Below, one piece after another: positions 1-8,870 of a DNA stretch of 64,000 nucleotides (positions are counted from its first letter, which is position 1; each line of letters begins with the position of its first letter). Source of the stretch: Nitrososphaerota archaeon (lineage in GTDB: Archaea > Thermoproteota > EX4484-205 > JAAOZP01); assembly GCA_011605725.1 (NCBI GenBank), contig JAAOZP010000012.1, positions 64,001 through 128,000 on the forward strand, read 5' to 3'. The translations under genes and the position numbers were made by a program. The notes beneath the pieces were generated by a model, which worked only from the letters and a program-made list of their open reading frames with translations, had not been told where the DNA came from and did no database searches.

Positions 1-2
1 AT

Positions 3-581
3 CCGGATTATCTGGATGAAGAGAAGGTTATGGAGAAGTGGAGAGAAGCAGTCGAGTCAGCTTCTTCTTTAATCAGCTCAATATTTAAGGATGGGCTAGT
101 AAAGATGATGGCGTATAGAGAACTGTATGGTAAGCTAAAGGAGAAGGGCATAGACTACGATGATGCTGAAGACGTGGTCTCTGAAGCTGAAAGAAAGAAA
201 CTGATATATTATGATAGTAAGACACGGTCATATAACTGGATTCCCGAGGAGAGAAGGAATGAAGAGATGTGTAAGACAGAGCAATTAGAGAAGACGATTG
301 CAGACATATTCATAGAGAGAAATGCCAAATGGCTGCATAGAGATGAATTGGTAAGAGGTTTAGCTGGTAAGGGGTTTTCAAGAGAGGATATAGAAAGGGC
401 TGTTTATGAAGCTATAAGGGATTTTGTGGTCGACTTCCATGAATCCGAAGACATGTTTAGACTCGTTCCAAAAGATGAACGGGTTAGGATGGGGGAGCTT
501 AGGAGGCTAAGGAAGTTGAATTCAAAGAAATGGTTTTATGAGAAGATGGTGAGAGAGCATGCTTTGGGCTCTGAATCATAA
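3..581 (+). CDS. Hypothetical protein with two tandem winged-helix-like repeats (5' end possibly outside the window)
   Basis: The frame is open from position 3 (PDYLDEEKV-MEKW). Two internal repeats: IFKDG..ELYGKLKEKGIDYDDAEDVV..WIPEERR and IFIER..ELVRGLAGKGFSREDIERAV..LVPKDER. Confidence 0.55.
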   Translation, partial: PDYLDEEKVMEKWREAVESASSLISSIFKDGLVKMMAYRELYGKLKEKGIDYDDAEDVVSEAERKKLIYYDSKTRSYNWIPEERRNEEMCKTEQLEKTIADIFIERNAKWLHRDELVRGLAGKGFSREDIERAVYEAIRDFVVDFHESEDMFRLVPKDERVRMGELRRLRKLNSKKWFYEKMVREHALGSES

Positions 582-651
582 ACCTTGTTGAACCTCGCGT
601 TATAAAAATCACTTATTAGACTTTTAGCATGTTATCATTCATGCTTATATA

Positions 652-665
652 TAGCGCGCGCGCTA
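652..665. repeat. Perfect palindrome TAGCGCGCGCGCTA, a (GC)5 tract
   Basis: Read directly; intergenic. Confidence 0.9.
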
Positions 666-795
666 AGGGGGAATAGCTGTATTAGGTTCTTGGCAGACAG
701 TCACCCAAGGCGATAGGGAAAGCGGTTTTGTCCCCGACGTCATGAATATTCTGCTGATAAAGGAAGACGGGTCTTTGAGGCTGGAAAAAGCATAA

Positions 796-2001
796 TTGGG
801 CCAATTCAGTCACTTTAGAAACGTCGAGAGAAGGTATGAAAGGTTTTGTGCAGAAGCCAGTGAAGAAGTACCGGGAAAAGGAGTTGAGGGAGAAGGAGAA
901 TTTCACAAAGCTCATGTGGATTGGGATGATCTTGGGGAGCATGAGATTTTACACCTTAGACATGGAGTACTACAGGAACTTGTAGAGGGAGCAATAGAAA
1001 AGACTAATAGTATGCTGAGGATACAAGAAGAAGCAGGTGTATCGCGAAAAGCCCTGCATGCGATAGAAAAAGGGAGCGATATCATAAGTGTTAAGAACCT
1101 AAAAGGTCTGTGCGATTACTTAGAGATACCGCGTTGGGAAATGGATAAGCATATAATTGGGATCGGTAGTTCTCGAAACCCAGATGCATTAGAGAACCCA
1201 CACCTACCTTTTGACTTCAATACTCCTGAGGGAGCTACGATAATAGCGGCAGCCCTACATGACGGTTATCTTAGGAGTGATGGGACGACTTTCTCATATG
1301 CAAACAAAGATGAGAGGAACGTAGAAACTGTAAAGGAAGCCGTTAAGAAAGTTTTCGGGGATATAAAGCCACTCGAAGAGAAATACGAGTGTGGCGTGAA
1401 GAGAGTGGATTTCATGTCTTGTGCAATAGTGGACGCCTTGGAAAAAATAGGCTTACCGACAGGGAGTAAGACCAAACAGCGATTTCATGTGCCATTATTC
1501 GTCCGAGAAGGCGATGAAGAGTTGCAAAAGGCATACTTACGCCAGACCTTAATGGATGAGGGGAGCTGGAGAGAGTATAAGGGTAGAGTAGAGGAAATAG
1601 CTTATACTCAATCAACATATCTTGATGAGGATAAGCTCACTACTAAGGACATGGAATTTCTCAGGAACTTAGGATTTGAAGAATGTGAAATGCCAACAGG
1701 AGCCCCAGTATACCGTCTTCGTCTTACTAAAGAAGTAAGGGATGAAATAATGAGTGAGGACCCCAATTTATGGAAGGCAATAGAAGAATCTAAACCACCT
1801 AATTTTGAGGAGGAGAGGGAAATGTTCGAAAAATTGTTTGGCGCGCATCCAGATGTGCATCCCAGAGACGTATATTATACAGAAAAAGGAGGTTATAAAG
1901 TGTCATGGGAACTAGTAATTGACGAAGCAGAGGACGCCCGCAGAATTGCGGAAGAACTTAATCTCCCTATACCTAAGCATGGGGGAAAGGAAGGAGAATA
2001 G
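796..2001 (+). CDS. Free-standing LAGLIDADG (DOD) endonuclease-like protein with N-terminal XRE-type HTH
   Basis: HTH-like IQEEAGVSRKALHAIEKG..SVKNLKGLCDYLEI. Two LAGLIDADG-like motifs, ATIIAAALHDG and AYLRQTLMDEG. FSYANKD..VETVKEAVKKVFG follows motif 1. Confidence 0.65.
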   Translation: MGQFSHFRNVERRYERFCAEASEEVPGKGVEGEGEFHKAHVDWDDLGEHEILHLRHGVLQELVEGAIEKTNSMLRIQEEAGVSRKALHAIEKGSDIISVKNLKGLCDYLEIPRWEMDKHIIGIGSSRNPDALENPHLPFDFNTPEGATIIAAALHDGYLRSDGTTFSYANKDERNVETVKEAVKKVFGDIKPLEEKYECGVKRVDFMSCAIVDALEKIGLPTGSKTKQRFHVPLFVREGDEELQKAYLRQTLMDEGSWREYKGRVEEIAYTQSTYLDEDKLTTKDMEFLRNLGFEECEMPTGAPVYRLRLTKEVRDEIMSEDPNLWKAIEESKPPNFEEEREMFEKLFGAHPDVHPRDVYYTEKGGYKVSWELVIDEAEDARRIAEELNLPIPKHGGKEGE

Positions 2002-2028
2002 TGCAGAGTGTTGAGTTATCCTTCTCTT

Positions 2029-3420
2029 TTATCTCCTACCTCCAACAACTACGTCCTTAACTGCGAGATGCGGACCACCGCCGGAGACAGGGACCCACTG
2101 CCCATCCTTCCCACAGCTGCCAGGGAACGCGTGTTTCAAATCGTTTCCGACTCCAATCACGTTTTTCAATACCTCCAGAGTTAACCCTGACATTGAAACG
2201 TTTTGAACTTTCTCTCCTATTTTCCCGTTTTCGATCAAGTAGCCTTCCTGAGCAGTAAAGTAGAACTGCCCCCTCGCTGGGTCGACATATCCTCCGTATG
2301 ATTTCGCCAGGTATATACCATTCTTCACTAGTTCAGCAAGCTCGTCAAAGTTGTATTCACCGTTTTCAACAAAAGTGTTGCTCATCCTAACTATGGGTTT
2401 GCTTGAGAAATTCATTGCCCTAGCAGCCCCGTTTGGCTCAGCATTTAGATGGGCAGCGGTCTCCAGGGAGTGGAGATACCCGACAAGAATACCGTTTTTA
2501 ACTATTTCCCTTCTCACTGCCTTCGTTCCTTCTGAGTCGTAAGGATATGATCCTCTCATACCTGGGAGGGTCGGGTCGTCAACCACGTTTACAGTTTCTA
2601 CTCCAACCCTTTTACCGATTAGCCCTGAAAGAACCGACATGTTAGCCTTAACAGCGTCAGCCTCAGCCGCATGCCCGAATGCCTCGTGGATAAACACTCC
2701 CACGAGGCTCTGATCCATCAGGATGTTCATTCTCCCGCTTGGAGGAGGCAGGGCTTTCAGAAGCTCTACTCCTCTTCTGCCCAGCTCAGAGCCCTCCTTC
2801 ACATAGTCGAACTCCTCCACCAGTTCCCAACCCCTGCTCCCGCCTACGGCGGTGCTCACGTTTTGAACAAGATCACCCTCTTTGGCGACTGCTGAGCCGG
2901 AGAGCCTTATGCTGCAAACCTCGTACTGGACTTCTGAACCTTGACTGTTTACAATAAATTCCTTTTTTACACTGTCAGAGAGCCCGACGGTGGTTGTAAC
3001 TATTCCCTCATTATTCTTCCATATGCACTTGTCGAACTCCAGAGCAGTTTTCACTTTTTCCTCGAGAGAAACACTTCTAGGATCAATTTTCACGTTCAGG
3101 CGAACATCATCCTCATAAGTTTTCTCTATTCTAATCCTTGACTTTTCAGCAACTTTCCCCGAAACGGCTTTAGCCGCCTTATAGGCTTTCTCCAGAGCAG
3201 TATTCATCCCTTGAATAGAGAGATCAGTAGTGTAGTAGAACCCCCAGCCACCGTTGAACAGTACTCTAGCAGCACCGCCGATGCTCGTGTTATAAGATAC
3301 TTCTTCAACAACCCCTTTTCTAATTGAAATGGATGTTGACTCAACCTCTGTTATCCTGAGGTCCGCAAAATCTTCACTTCCCAGATGTAGTAATCCAAAT
3401 AGTTTTCTCATTCCATTCAA
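2029..3420 (-). CDS. tldD: TldD family metalloprotease
   Basis: HEAFGHAAEAD (HExxGH), DDPTL, YDSEG, RMSNTF, C-terminal GSCGKDGQ..V..GGP. Confidence 0.9.
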   Translation of the reverse strand: MNGMRKLFGLLHLGSEDFADLRITEVESTSISIRKGVVEEVSYNTSIGGAARVLFNGGWGFYYTTDLSIQGMNTALEKAYKAAKAVSGKVAEKSRIRIEKTYEDDVRLNVKIDPRSVSLEEKVKTALEFDKCIWKNNEGIVTTTVGLSDSVKKEFIVNSQGSEVQYEVCSIRLSGSAVAKEGDLVQNVSTAVGGSRGWELVEEFDYVKEGSELGRRGVELLKALPPPSGRMNILMDQSLVGVFIHEAFGHAAEADAVKANMSVLSGLIGKRVGVETVNVVDDPTLPGMRGSYPYDSEGTKAVRREIVKNGILVGYLHSLETAAHLNAEPNGAARAMNFSSKPIVRMSNTFVENGEYNFDELAELVKNGIYLAKSYGGYVDPARGQFYFTAQEGYLIENGKIGEKVQNVSMSGLTLEVLKNVIGVGNDLKHAFPGSCGKDGQWVPVSGGGPHLAVKDVVVGGRR

Positions 3421-3530
3421 TCTGGCGTACCAGTTGTTTAAACGCTTTTATAACCTTTACGCACACGTTTTTCCAACTGAAGGATCAATAGCAGTAAAGG
3501 CATTAATATTACTCTAGTGTTTCAACCATT

Positions 3531-4874
3531 ATGATTGAAGACAGGGCTGTTGAGCTCCACAGGAAGTATGGCGGCAAGATCCAAGTTATTCCAAAAGTAC
3601 CTATTAAAAGCTTTGAAGACTTCTCCATCTGGTATACGCCGGGAGTTGCTTCTCCATGCAGACTGATATCCTTAGATAAAGACCTTTCATTCGAATTAAC
3701 GTCTAGATGGAACATGGTTGCCGTGGTTAGCGACGGCAGCAGGGTTCTTGGCCTTGGGAATATTGGACCCTACGCCGGATATCCGGTTATCGAGGGAAAA
3801 TGCCTACTCTTCAAGTTTCTAGGGGGTGTTGACGCTGTTCCAATAGCCTTGGCGACGCAAGATGCAGATAAGATAATAGAGATGGTTAGGCTGATCTCAC
3901 CATCTTTCGGCGGAATAAACCTGGAGGACATTGAAAGCCCAAAATGCTTCCAGATACTTGAAACTCTTCAAAAATCTCTGGAGATACCTGTTTGGCACGA
4001 TGATCAGCAGGGCACTTCGCTCGTGGTTTTGGCAGCGTTAATTAACGCGCTTAAAATTGTTGGAAAAAAGCTGGAGGAGGCTAAGATAACGATAATAGGA
4101 TCCGGGGCCGCAGGAATGGCTACTGCGAGGCTGTTGATGGAGACGGGTGTCAGTGGGAGAAACATGCTTATCGTTGACAGCAAAGGGATTTTAAGCTCTT
4201 CAAGACACGATATGGAAAAACTATCAATATTAAACCCTTGGAAGGCAGAGTTAGCTAGAATGACGAACCCTGAGAATAAGGAGGGGAGTATTGAGGACGC
4301 TTTGAAGGGTTCAGATGTCTTAATCGCGCTGTCAGTGCCTAAGCCAGGTACAGTTAAGAAAGAATGGATAAGTAAGATGGCTGGAGACCCCATAGTCTTC
4401 GCCCTGGCAAACCCTCTTCCTGAAATATGGCCTGAGGATGCTAAGGCCGGAGGCGCTAGAATCGTTGCGACAGGCAGGAGTGATTTTCCAAACCAGGTTA
4501 ACAACAGTTTAGCCTTCCCCTCGATGTTCAGAGGAGTTTTAACGGTAAGGTCTAGAGCAATAACTAATGAGCTTTGCATAGAGGGCGCCAGGTCACTAGC
4601 CCGTTATGCTGAAAGCAAGAGGTTGAGCGAGAACAGTATACTGCCGACAATGGACGATTATATGGCTTATGTTGAAGTCGCACGAAACGTTGCGAGAAAA
4701 GCTATTGAACTAAACTTGGCAAGGAGGAAATATTCTGATAATGAGCTGTACGATGCGATACATTCTATAATAGCGTATCAAAGGGTTCTAATGAGGAACA
4801 TGATTAAAAGCGGGTTGACTGGCGAATATCAGCCTAACACTTCATGCATGGCTACAGATGAGCAGCCTGAGTGA
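3531..4874 (+). CDS. NAD(P)-dependent malic enzyme
   Basis: YTPGVA, SDGSRVLGLGNIG, INLEDI, HDDQQGT, GSGAAG, ATGRSDFPNQVNN. Confidence 0.92.
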   Translation: MIEDRAVELHRKYGGKIQVIPKVPIKSFEDFSIWYTPGVASPCRLISLDKDLSFELTSRWNMVAVVSDGSRVLGLGNIGPYAGYPVIEGKCLLFKFLGGVDAVPIALATQDADKIIEMVRLISPSFGGINLEDIESPKCFQILETLQKSLEIPVWHDDQQGTSLVVLAALINALKIVGKKLEEAKITIIGSGAAGMATARLLMETGVSGRNMLIVDSKGILSSSRHDMEKLSILNPWKAELARMTNPENKEGSIEDALKGSDVLIALSVPKPGTVKKEWISKMAGDPIVFALANPLPEIWPEDAKAGGARIVATGRSDFPNQVNNSLAFPSMFRGVLTVRSRAITNELCIEGARSLARYAESKRLSENSILPTMDDYMAYVEVARNVARKAIELNLARRKYSDNELYDAIHSIIAYQRVLMRNMIKSGLTGEYQPNTSCMATDEQPE

Positions 4875-5286
4875 GGACAAGCGCGGGTTATGCGTATGGA
4901 CAATAGGGTATGGAGGCCTTTCAAAAGACTCTTTCTTAAGCCTATTGAAGAAGCATCGGATCGATCTGCTGGTGGATGTCCGCAGGTTTCCGAATTCCAG
5001 GCTTGAATATTTCCGCCGAGAAAGCCTGGAGAAATGGCTTCCCAAAGAAGGTGTTGAATACTTGTGGCTTGGAGAGGAGCTTGGAGGCTACCGTCGAGGA
5101 GGCTATGAGAAACACATGGAGACTAAGGTTTTCAAAGAAGGAGTTAGGAGGCTTCTGGAACTGGCGAGGCATGGAAGGACATGCATAATGTGTCTGGAAA
5201 CGGATCCAAAATATTGTCATAGAAGGTTTATAGCATCATGTTTGAGAAAAAACGGAGTCAGAATACTCCATATAACAAGGGGTTAA
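4858..5286 (+). CDS. DUF488 family protein
   Basis: WTIGY, LVDVRRFP, LGG.R, MC.E..P..CHR. The true start may be slightly downstream. Confidence 0.8.
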   Translation: MSSLSEDKRGLCVWTIGYGGLSKDSFLSLLKKHRIDLLVDVRRFPNSRLEYFRRESLEKWLPKEGVEYLWLGEELGGYRRGGYEKHMETKVFKEGVRRLLELARHGRTCIMCLETDPKYCHRRFIASCLRKNGVRILHITRG

Positions 5287-5369
5287 TAAAGCAGCCGGAG
5301 ACTAACCCCTGAATTTAGGATTAAATATTTCGAATAAGTAGAAACAGGCTTGCCTCCAAATTCTCCTGA

Positions 5370-5600
5370 TCATAGCTCTATCGTTAGCCCGTCGTAAGCA
5401 ACTTCAACATTTTTGGGCTTTAACCTCTCGACCAGTTCTTCAGCGCGCGCGCTAATCTTTAAATCATTGTTTACCAGTGTTGAAGACTTTGTCCTCACGT
5501 TTCTACCGCCAGCATTTCTTGCCCTCCTGCAATTCGCGCACTGGCAAAACACCGCTGGCCACTCCTCGGCCGCGCCTGTCCCCAGAAACATGACCCTCAT
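5370..5600 (-). pseudogene. PhnP-like metallo-beta-lactamase with a large in-frame internal deletion
   Basis: The N-terminus FLGTGAAEEWPAVFCQCANC..RTKSS..DLKI is joined via AGCGCGCGCGCT (SARA) to the C-terminus EELVE..VAYDGLTIEL. The HxHxDH core is absent. Confidence 0.8.
5442..5453. repeat. Palindromic AGCGCGCGCGCT tract at a deletion junction
   Basis: Read directly; it separates the N- and C-terminal remnants of the PhnP-like gene. Confidence 0.9.
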
Positions 5601-5669
5601 ATTTTGACCCCGAAGCTTCAAGTAGGTTTATATAGGCTTACCGTTAACGAGCTCGGCCGTTAGCCAGCA

Positions 5670-7136
5670 TTAAGAATAGTTAGGCGCATGGTTTTGTAAA
5701 CGTATTTCACCACGAGGATTTAAATGAGGTTTTGCCTTCTCATGTGAGAGAACCCTTAACTCGTAAGTCCATGCATCATAGTAAAGGTTTCCTCCTTTCC
5801 ACTCAACCTCTCCACGCTGATTATCCACAGTATCCGACCTGAAGTGAGCCTTGGGAGGAATAAAGTTTGAAGAGATATCCATGTTAGCCACAAGCCTGTA
5901 GTGGTCGATATTTCCGAAGTAGAACCTGCGGTATTTCTCGATGTTTCTAAAATGGCCGCCAAAAGACGGGTCTGCGTAAAGCCACCCGTATGGTTCTACG
6001 TAGAACTGGGCCCAATCATGCGGACTCGGCTTAACCGGATTCAGATACCATCCTGATTGCCACCTTGCAGGAACCCCGCTTATCCTGCAGAGGGTTATGA
6101 ATAGCAGGGCTTGAACCCCGCAGTCTCCTCTAAGGTTTCTCGCAGCATAATCGCTGATGCATTCTATCGTCGAGTATTCCGGTACTAGGGCGTAACTAAC
6201 GTTTTCAGTTATCCACTCGTATATGTGCCAAGCCTTAAGATACGGGTTTGACTCTCCGGAGACAAGCTCGTCTGCAAGCCTTCTCAGATACGGGGTGAAA
6301 ACTATGTGGGGTAGAGTCTCAGAAGTGTATCTTCTGTAGGATTCGTCCTCAAAGTACGAACCTATCTTCTCGGGCTTTATCTCAACATAGGCTGCGTTAA
6401 CCGCATACTCGTATTCAACACGGAATTCAAGCTCCTCGCCCTTAATGGACTTTTTCTCGAAATATATTGTTCTTTGTGGAGTATCCTCTGGAGCTATAAA
6501 ATAATTCTCTGGAATTGTAGACACGAGTCTAACAACCGGTTGCAACAGGCTCCTTTGAGGAAAGGGCATCCAGACTCTCACAGTTTCACCATCCGGAACA
6601 ACGTCATGCTTAACTCTCAACACCGTCAACACCCTGTTCCATACCGGGTCAAAATATCTGGCTTCAGACCTTCTTCCTCTGAGAATCACGGCGTCTAAGT
6701 GTTTGAACAGCATGCTCCGAATCCCATTATTATCTTCCCTCGCTTTCAGCCTACTTTTAATCTCAACCCTTTCCCTAAGAAGATTAGGCAGGAAGTTTCT
6801 AAATATTCTTATCTCCCCCTCTATCCTAATACAGTCTATGATTCTCCTTCTAACCCATTCGTCAAACTCGTCCCTAGTCAAACCCTGAACCCTCTCCTTA
6901 AGTAAGGCGAAAGCCTCTTCTTCAGAAAGCGAATAATCCCACCTGATCCTCCGAATTCTTTCCAATTCCCACTCTAATCTGGATTTCAGGAAGCTTGGAA
7001 GCCGCCTCCCCTCACGCAGGATCTGGTTTATCGCGGTAACTGCTTCTTCGAAAAGCCCGTCCTCCTCAAGGCGTCGAATCCTGTCCGGCAGACCAGTCGT
7101 CAAGAATTCGCTTCCAAGAACGTCTGTTTTTCGCAA
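5670..7136 (-). CDS. Transglutaminase-like superfamily protein
   Basis: Triad motifs GDCGVQ (Cys), PHDW (His), YADPS (Asp); CRISGVPARWQSG. Confidence 0.82.
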   Translation of the reverse strand: MRKTDVLGSEFLTTGLPDRIRRLEEDGLFEEAVTAINQILREGRRLPSFLKSRLEWELERIRRIRWDYSLSEEEAFALLKERVQGLTRDEFDEWVRRRIIDCIRIEGEIRIFRNFLPNLLRERVEIKSRLKAREDNNGIRSMLFKHLDAVILRGRRSEARYFDPVWNRVLTVLRVKHDVVPDGETVRVWMPFPQRSLLQPVVRLVSTIPENYFIAPEDTPQRTIYFEKKSIKGEELEFRVEYEYAVNAAYVEIKPEKIGSYFEDESYRRYTSETLPHIVFTPYLRRLADELVSGESNPYLKAWHIYEWITENVSYALVPEYSTIECISDYAARNLRGDCGVQALLFITLCRISGVPARWQSGWYLNPVKPSPHDWAQFYVEPYGWLYADPSFGGHFRNIEKYRRFYFGNIDHYRLVANMDISSNFIPPKAHFRSDTVDNQRGEVEWKGGNLYYDAWTYELRVLSHEKAKPHLNPRGEIRLQNHAPNYS

Positions 7137-7236
7137 TACTGCTAATCTTAAAGCACAGAGGAATATTTAGGCATTAAGGCAGACACAGCTAAACCCTTAT
7201 GTATTGCTTGGGTTAACACAATAATGGTGAAGCCCA

Positions 7237-7921
7237 ATGTGTATGGAGAAGCCGTCGCCCTTCCCCTGCTCAGAGGAGAAGATACCCAGCTATATAGCCT
7301 ACCGCGTTAACGAGCGGATCCGGATTGACGGACTGTTAGACGAGGCTTGCTGGCGAATAGCACCCCGCTCCCCCCGCTTCGTAGATCTTGTTAGCGGCCG
7401 GCCGGCCCTCTACGACACGTATGCAGCAGTACTATGGGACGATGATAACCTGTATGTAGGCTTCTGGGTGGAGGAGCCTCTTGTAGTCGCCACCCTGACC
7501 GAGCGCGACTCTCCGATTTACGAGGATAATGACGTGGAGCTTTTCATCGCTGGCAGAGACGCCTACTACGAGTTTGAGATAAACGCGCTTGGAACCATCT
7601 ATGAGGTTCTCTTCATATGGGAAGATGCTTACGAGAAATCCGGCTACAGTAGTCTTCCAGAGCTTAGAAGAGACGTTCCCGGTGTAAGACTGTTTCCAGG
7701 AATAGGATTTAGAAACCATCCTCGTGGCCGGCGAATAGGATTCTGGAACTGGGATTTTCCTGGATTAAGAGCAGCGGTCCACGTCGACGGAACTCAATAA
7801 TAACCAGGATAGGGATAGGGGTTGGACGGTTGAGCTAGCCTTGCCCTGGAAGGGGATGAAGGTGCTCGCCATGTCTGACAACCGGCCGCTGCCTCCTAAG
7901 GATGGAGAAACCTGGCGTATG
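7237..7921 (+). pseudogene. Carbohydrate-binding family 9-like (CBM9/DOMON) protein, frameshifted and 3'-truncated
   Basis: IDGLLDEACW, LWDDDNLYV, DNDVELFI, YYEFEINALG. The frameshift is at about 7793-7797 (GGAACTCAAT where G-T-L-N is expected). The second frame continues NNNQDRDRGWTVELALPW..PPKDGETWRM and ends at a (GC)5 tract. Confidence 0.8.
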
Positions 7922-7932
7922 AGCGCGCGCGC
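7922..7932. repeat. AGCGCGCGCGC tract at the truncation point of the CBM9-like gene
   Basis: Read directly; follows ..TGG CGT ATG (WRM). Confidence 0.9.
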
Positions 7933-7958
7933 AGCATGGGGGGCTTCTGGGGAGAGTA

Positions 7959-8277
7959 ATGTTAATGAAAAACTTTGCTCTTAGTTTGAAAACAACCAAG
8001 TTAAGAAGAACAGTAAACCAGTTTAGAAAACGGGGACAAGACTATACATGCGCTAAGACGAGTGAAACAAATAAAGCCTCATCTTATTTCCTGTTGCTAA
8101 TACTTCTGGCCTCCTTAGCAACTGTTACCCCATGCGTCTCCAGTGAAACAGGCTTTTACGCTAACGAAGACTTCTCAGGATTCTACGACTACGATAAGTC
8201 CATTCCTCTAAATGCTACCGAGGAATTAATCAGGGACGAGGGTGTTTGCAAAATATACAGGGTCTACTTCAACTCTA
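7959..8277 (+). pseudogene. 5' remnant of a secreted protein (possibly an alpha/beta-hydrolase or esterase)
   Basis: Signal-like YFLLLILLASLATVTPCVSS, then FYDYDKSIPLNATEE..KIYRVYFNS, after which it runs into the antisense strand of a PhnP-like fragment. Start uncertain. Confidence 0.45.
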
Positions 8278-8462
8278 TGCTTAAGGACGTGGTGATACGT
8301 ATCTGGTGGAAAATCGATTTTTAAATCCGTGTTTATCAGGACAGAGGACCTGGTTCTAATGTTTTTGCCCCCCGCATTTTTCGCCCTCCTGCAATTTACG
8401 CATTGGCAGAATACTGCTGGCCATCCTTCGGTTGCACCTGTTCCTAGGAACACAACCTTCAT
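8275..8462 (-). pseudogene. Second PhnP-like MBL-fold 5' fragment
   Basis: MKVVFLGTGATEGWPAVFCQCVNC..RTRSS..DLKIDFPPD..HVLKH, then the family signal is lost. Paralogous to 5370-5600. Confidence 0.75.
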
Positions 8463-8870
8463 ATATTACTCAACGCAGAATTTAACAGGTGGCTTATATG
8501 TTTACTGTTAACAGGCTTAATCATCAACCCGCATCATGCCTTAAACCGTTTAGCATTCATGGAGAATTTACGATTGTGAGCAGTTCCATCTATAGATATC
8601 AACTGACGCTCGTTAAAGAATTCATAGAGCTAGCTATTAAGGTGGTTAAATATGGTATTGCCAAAAATCATGTTCCATGCATTTAATATGATGGTCGAAA
8701 AAGGGACTTATTATTGAAGAAGTCGAATTCTCGGATTTAACATATGAAAAAAGGGTTTAAAGGAAATGAGTTCGATTGGACATAGCTATCGCAGTAATTC
8801 ACTTGAAAGAAACGGATCCGAATTATTTAAGGATGTTTTGTTAGAGAATAGCCTTTATAATGACACCGAT

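Noticed and set aside
796-2001. Intein
   Set aside because: No N-terminal Cys/Ser block, no C-terminal HN, and no host extein.
7790-7800. Programmed frameshift in the CBM9-like gene
   Set aside because: No slippery heptamer, and the downstream frame is itself truncated, so decay is the simpler explanation.
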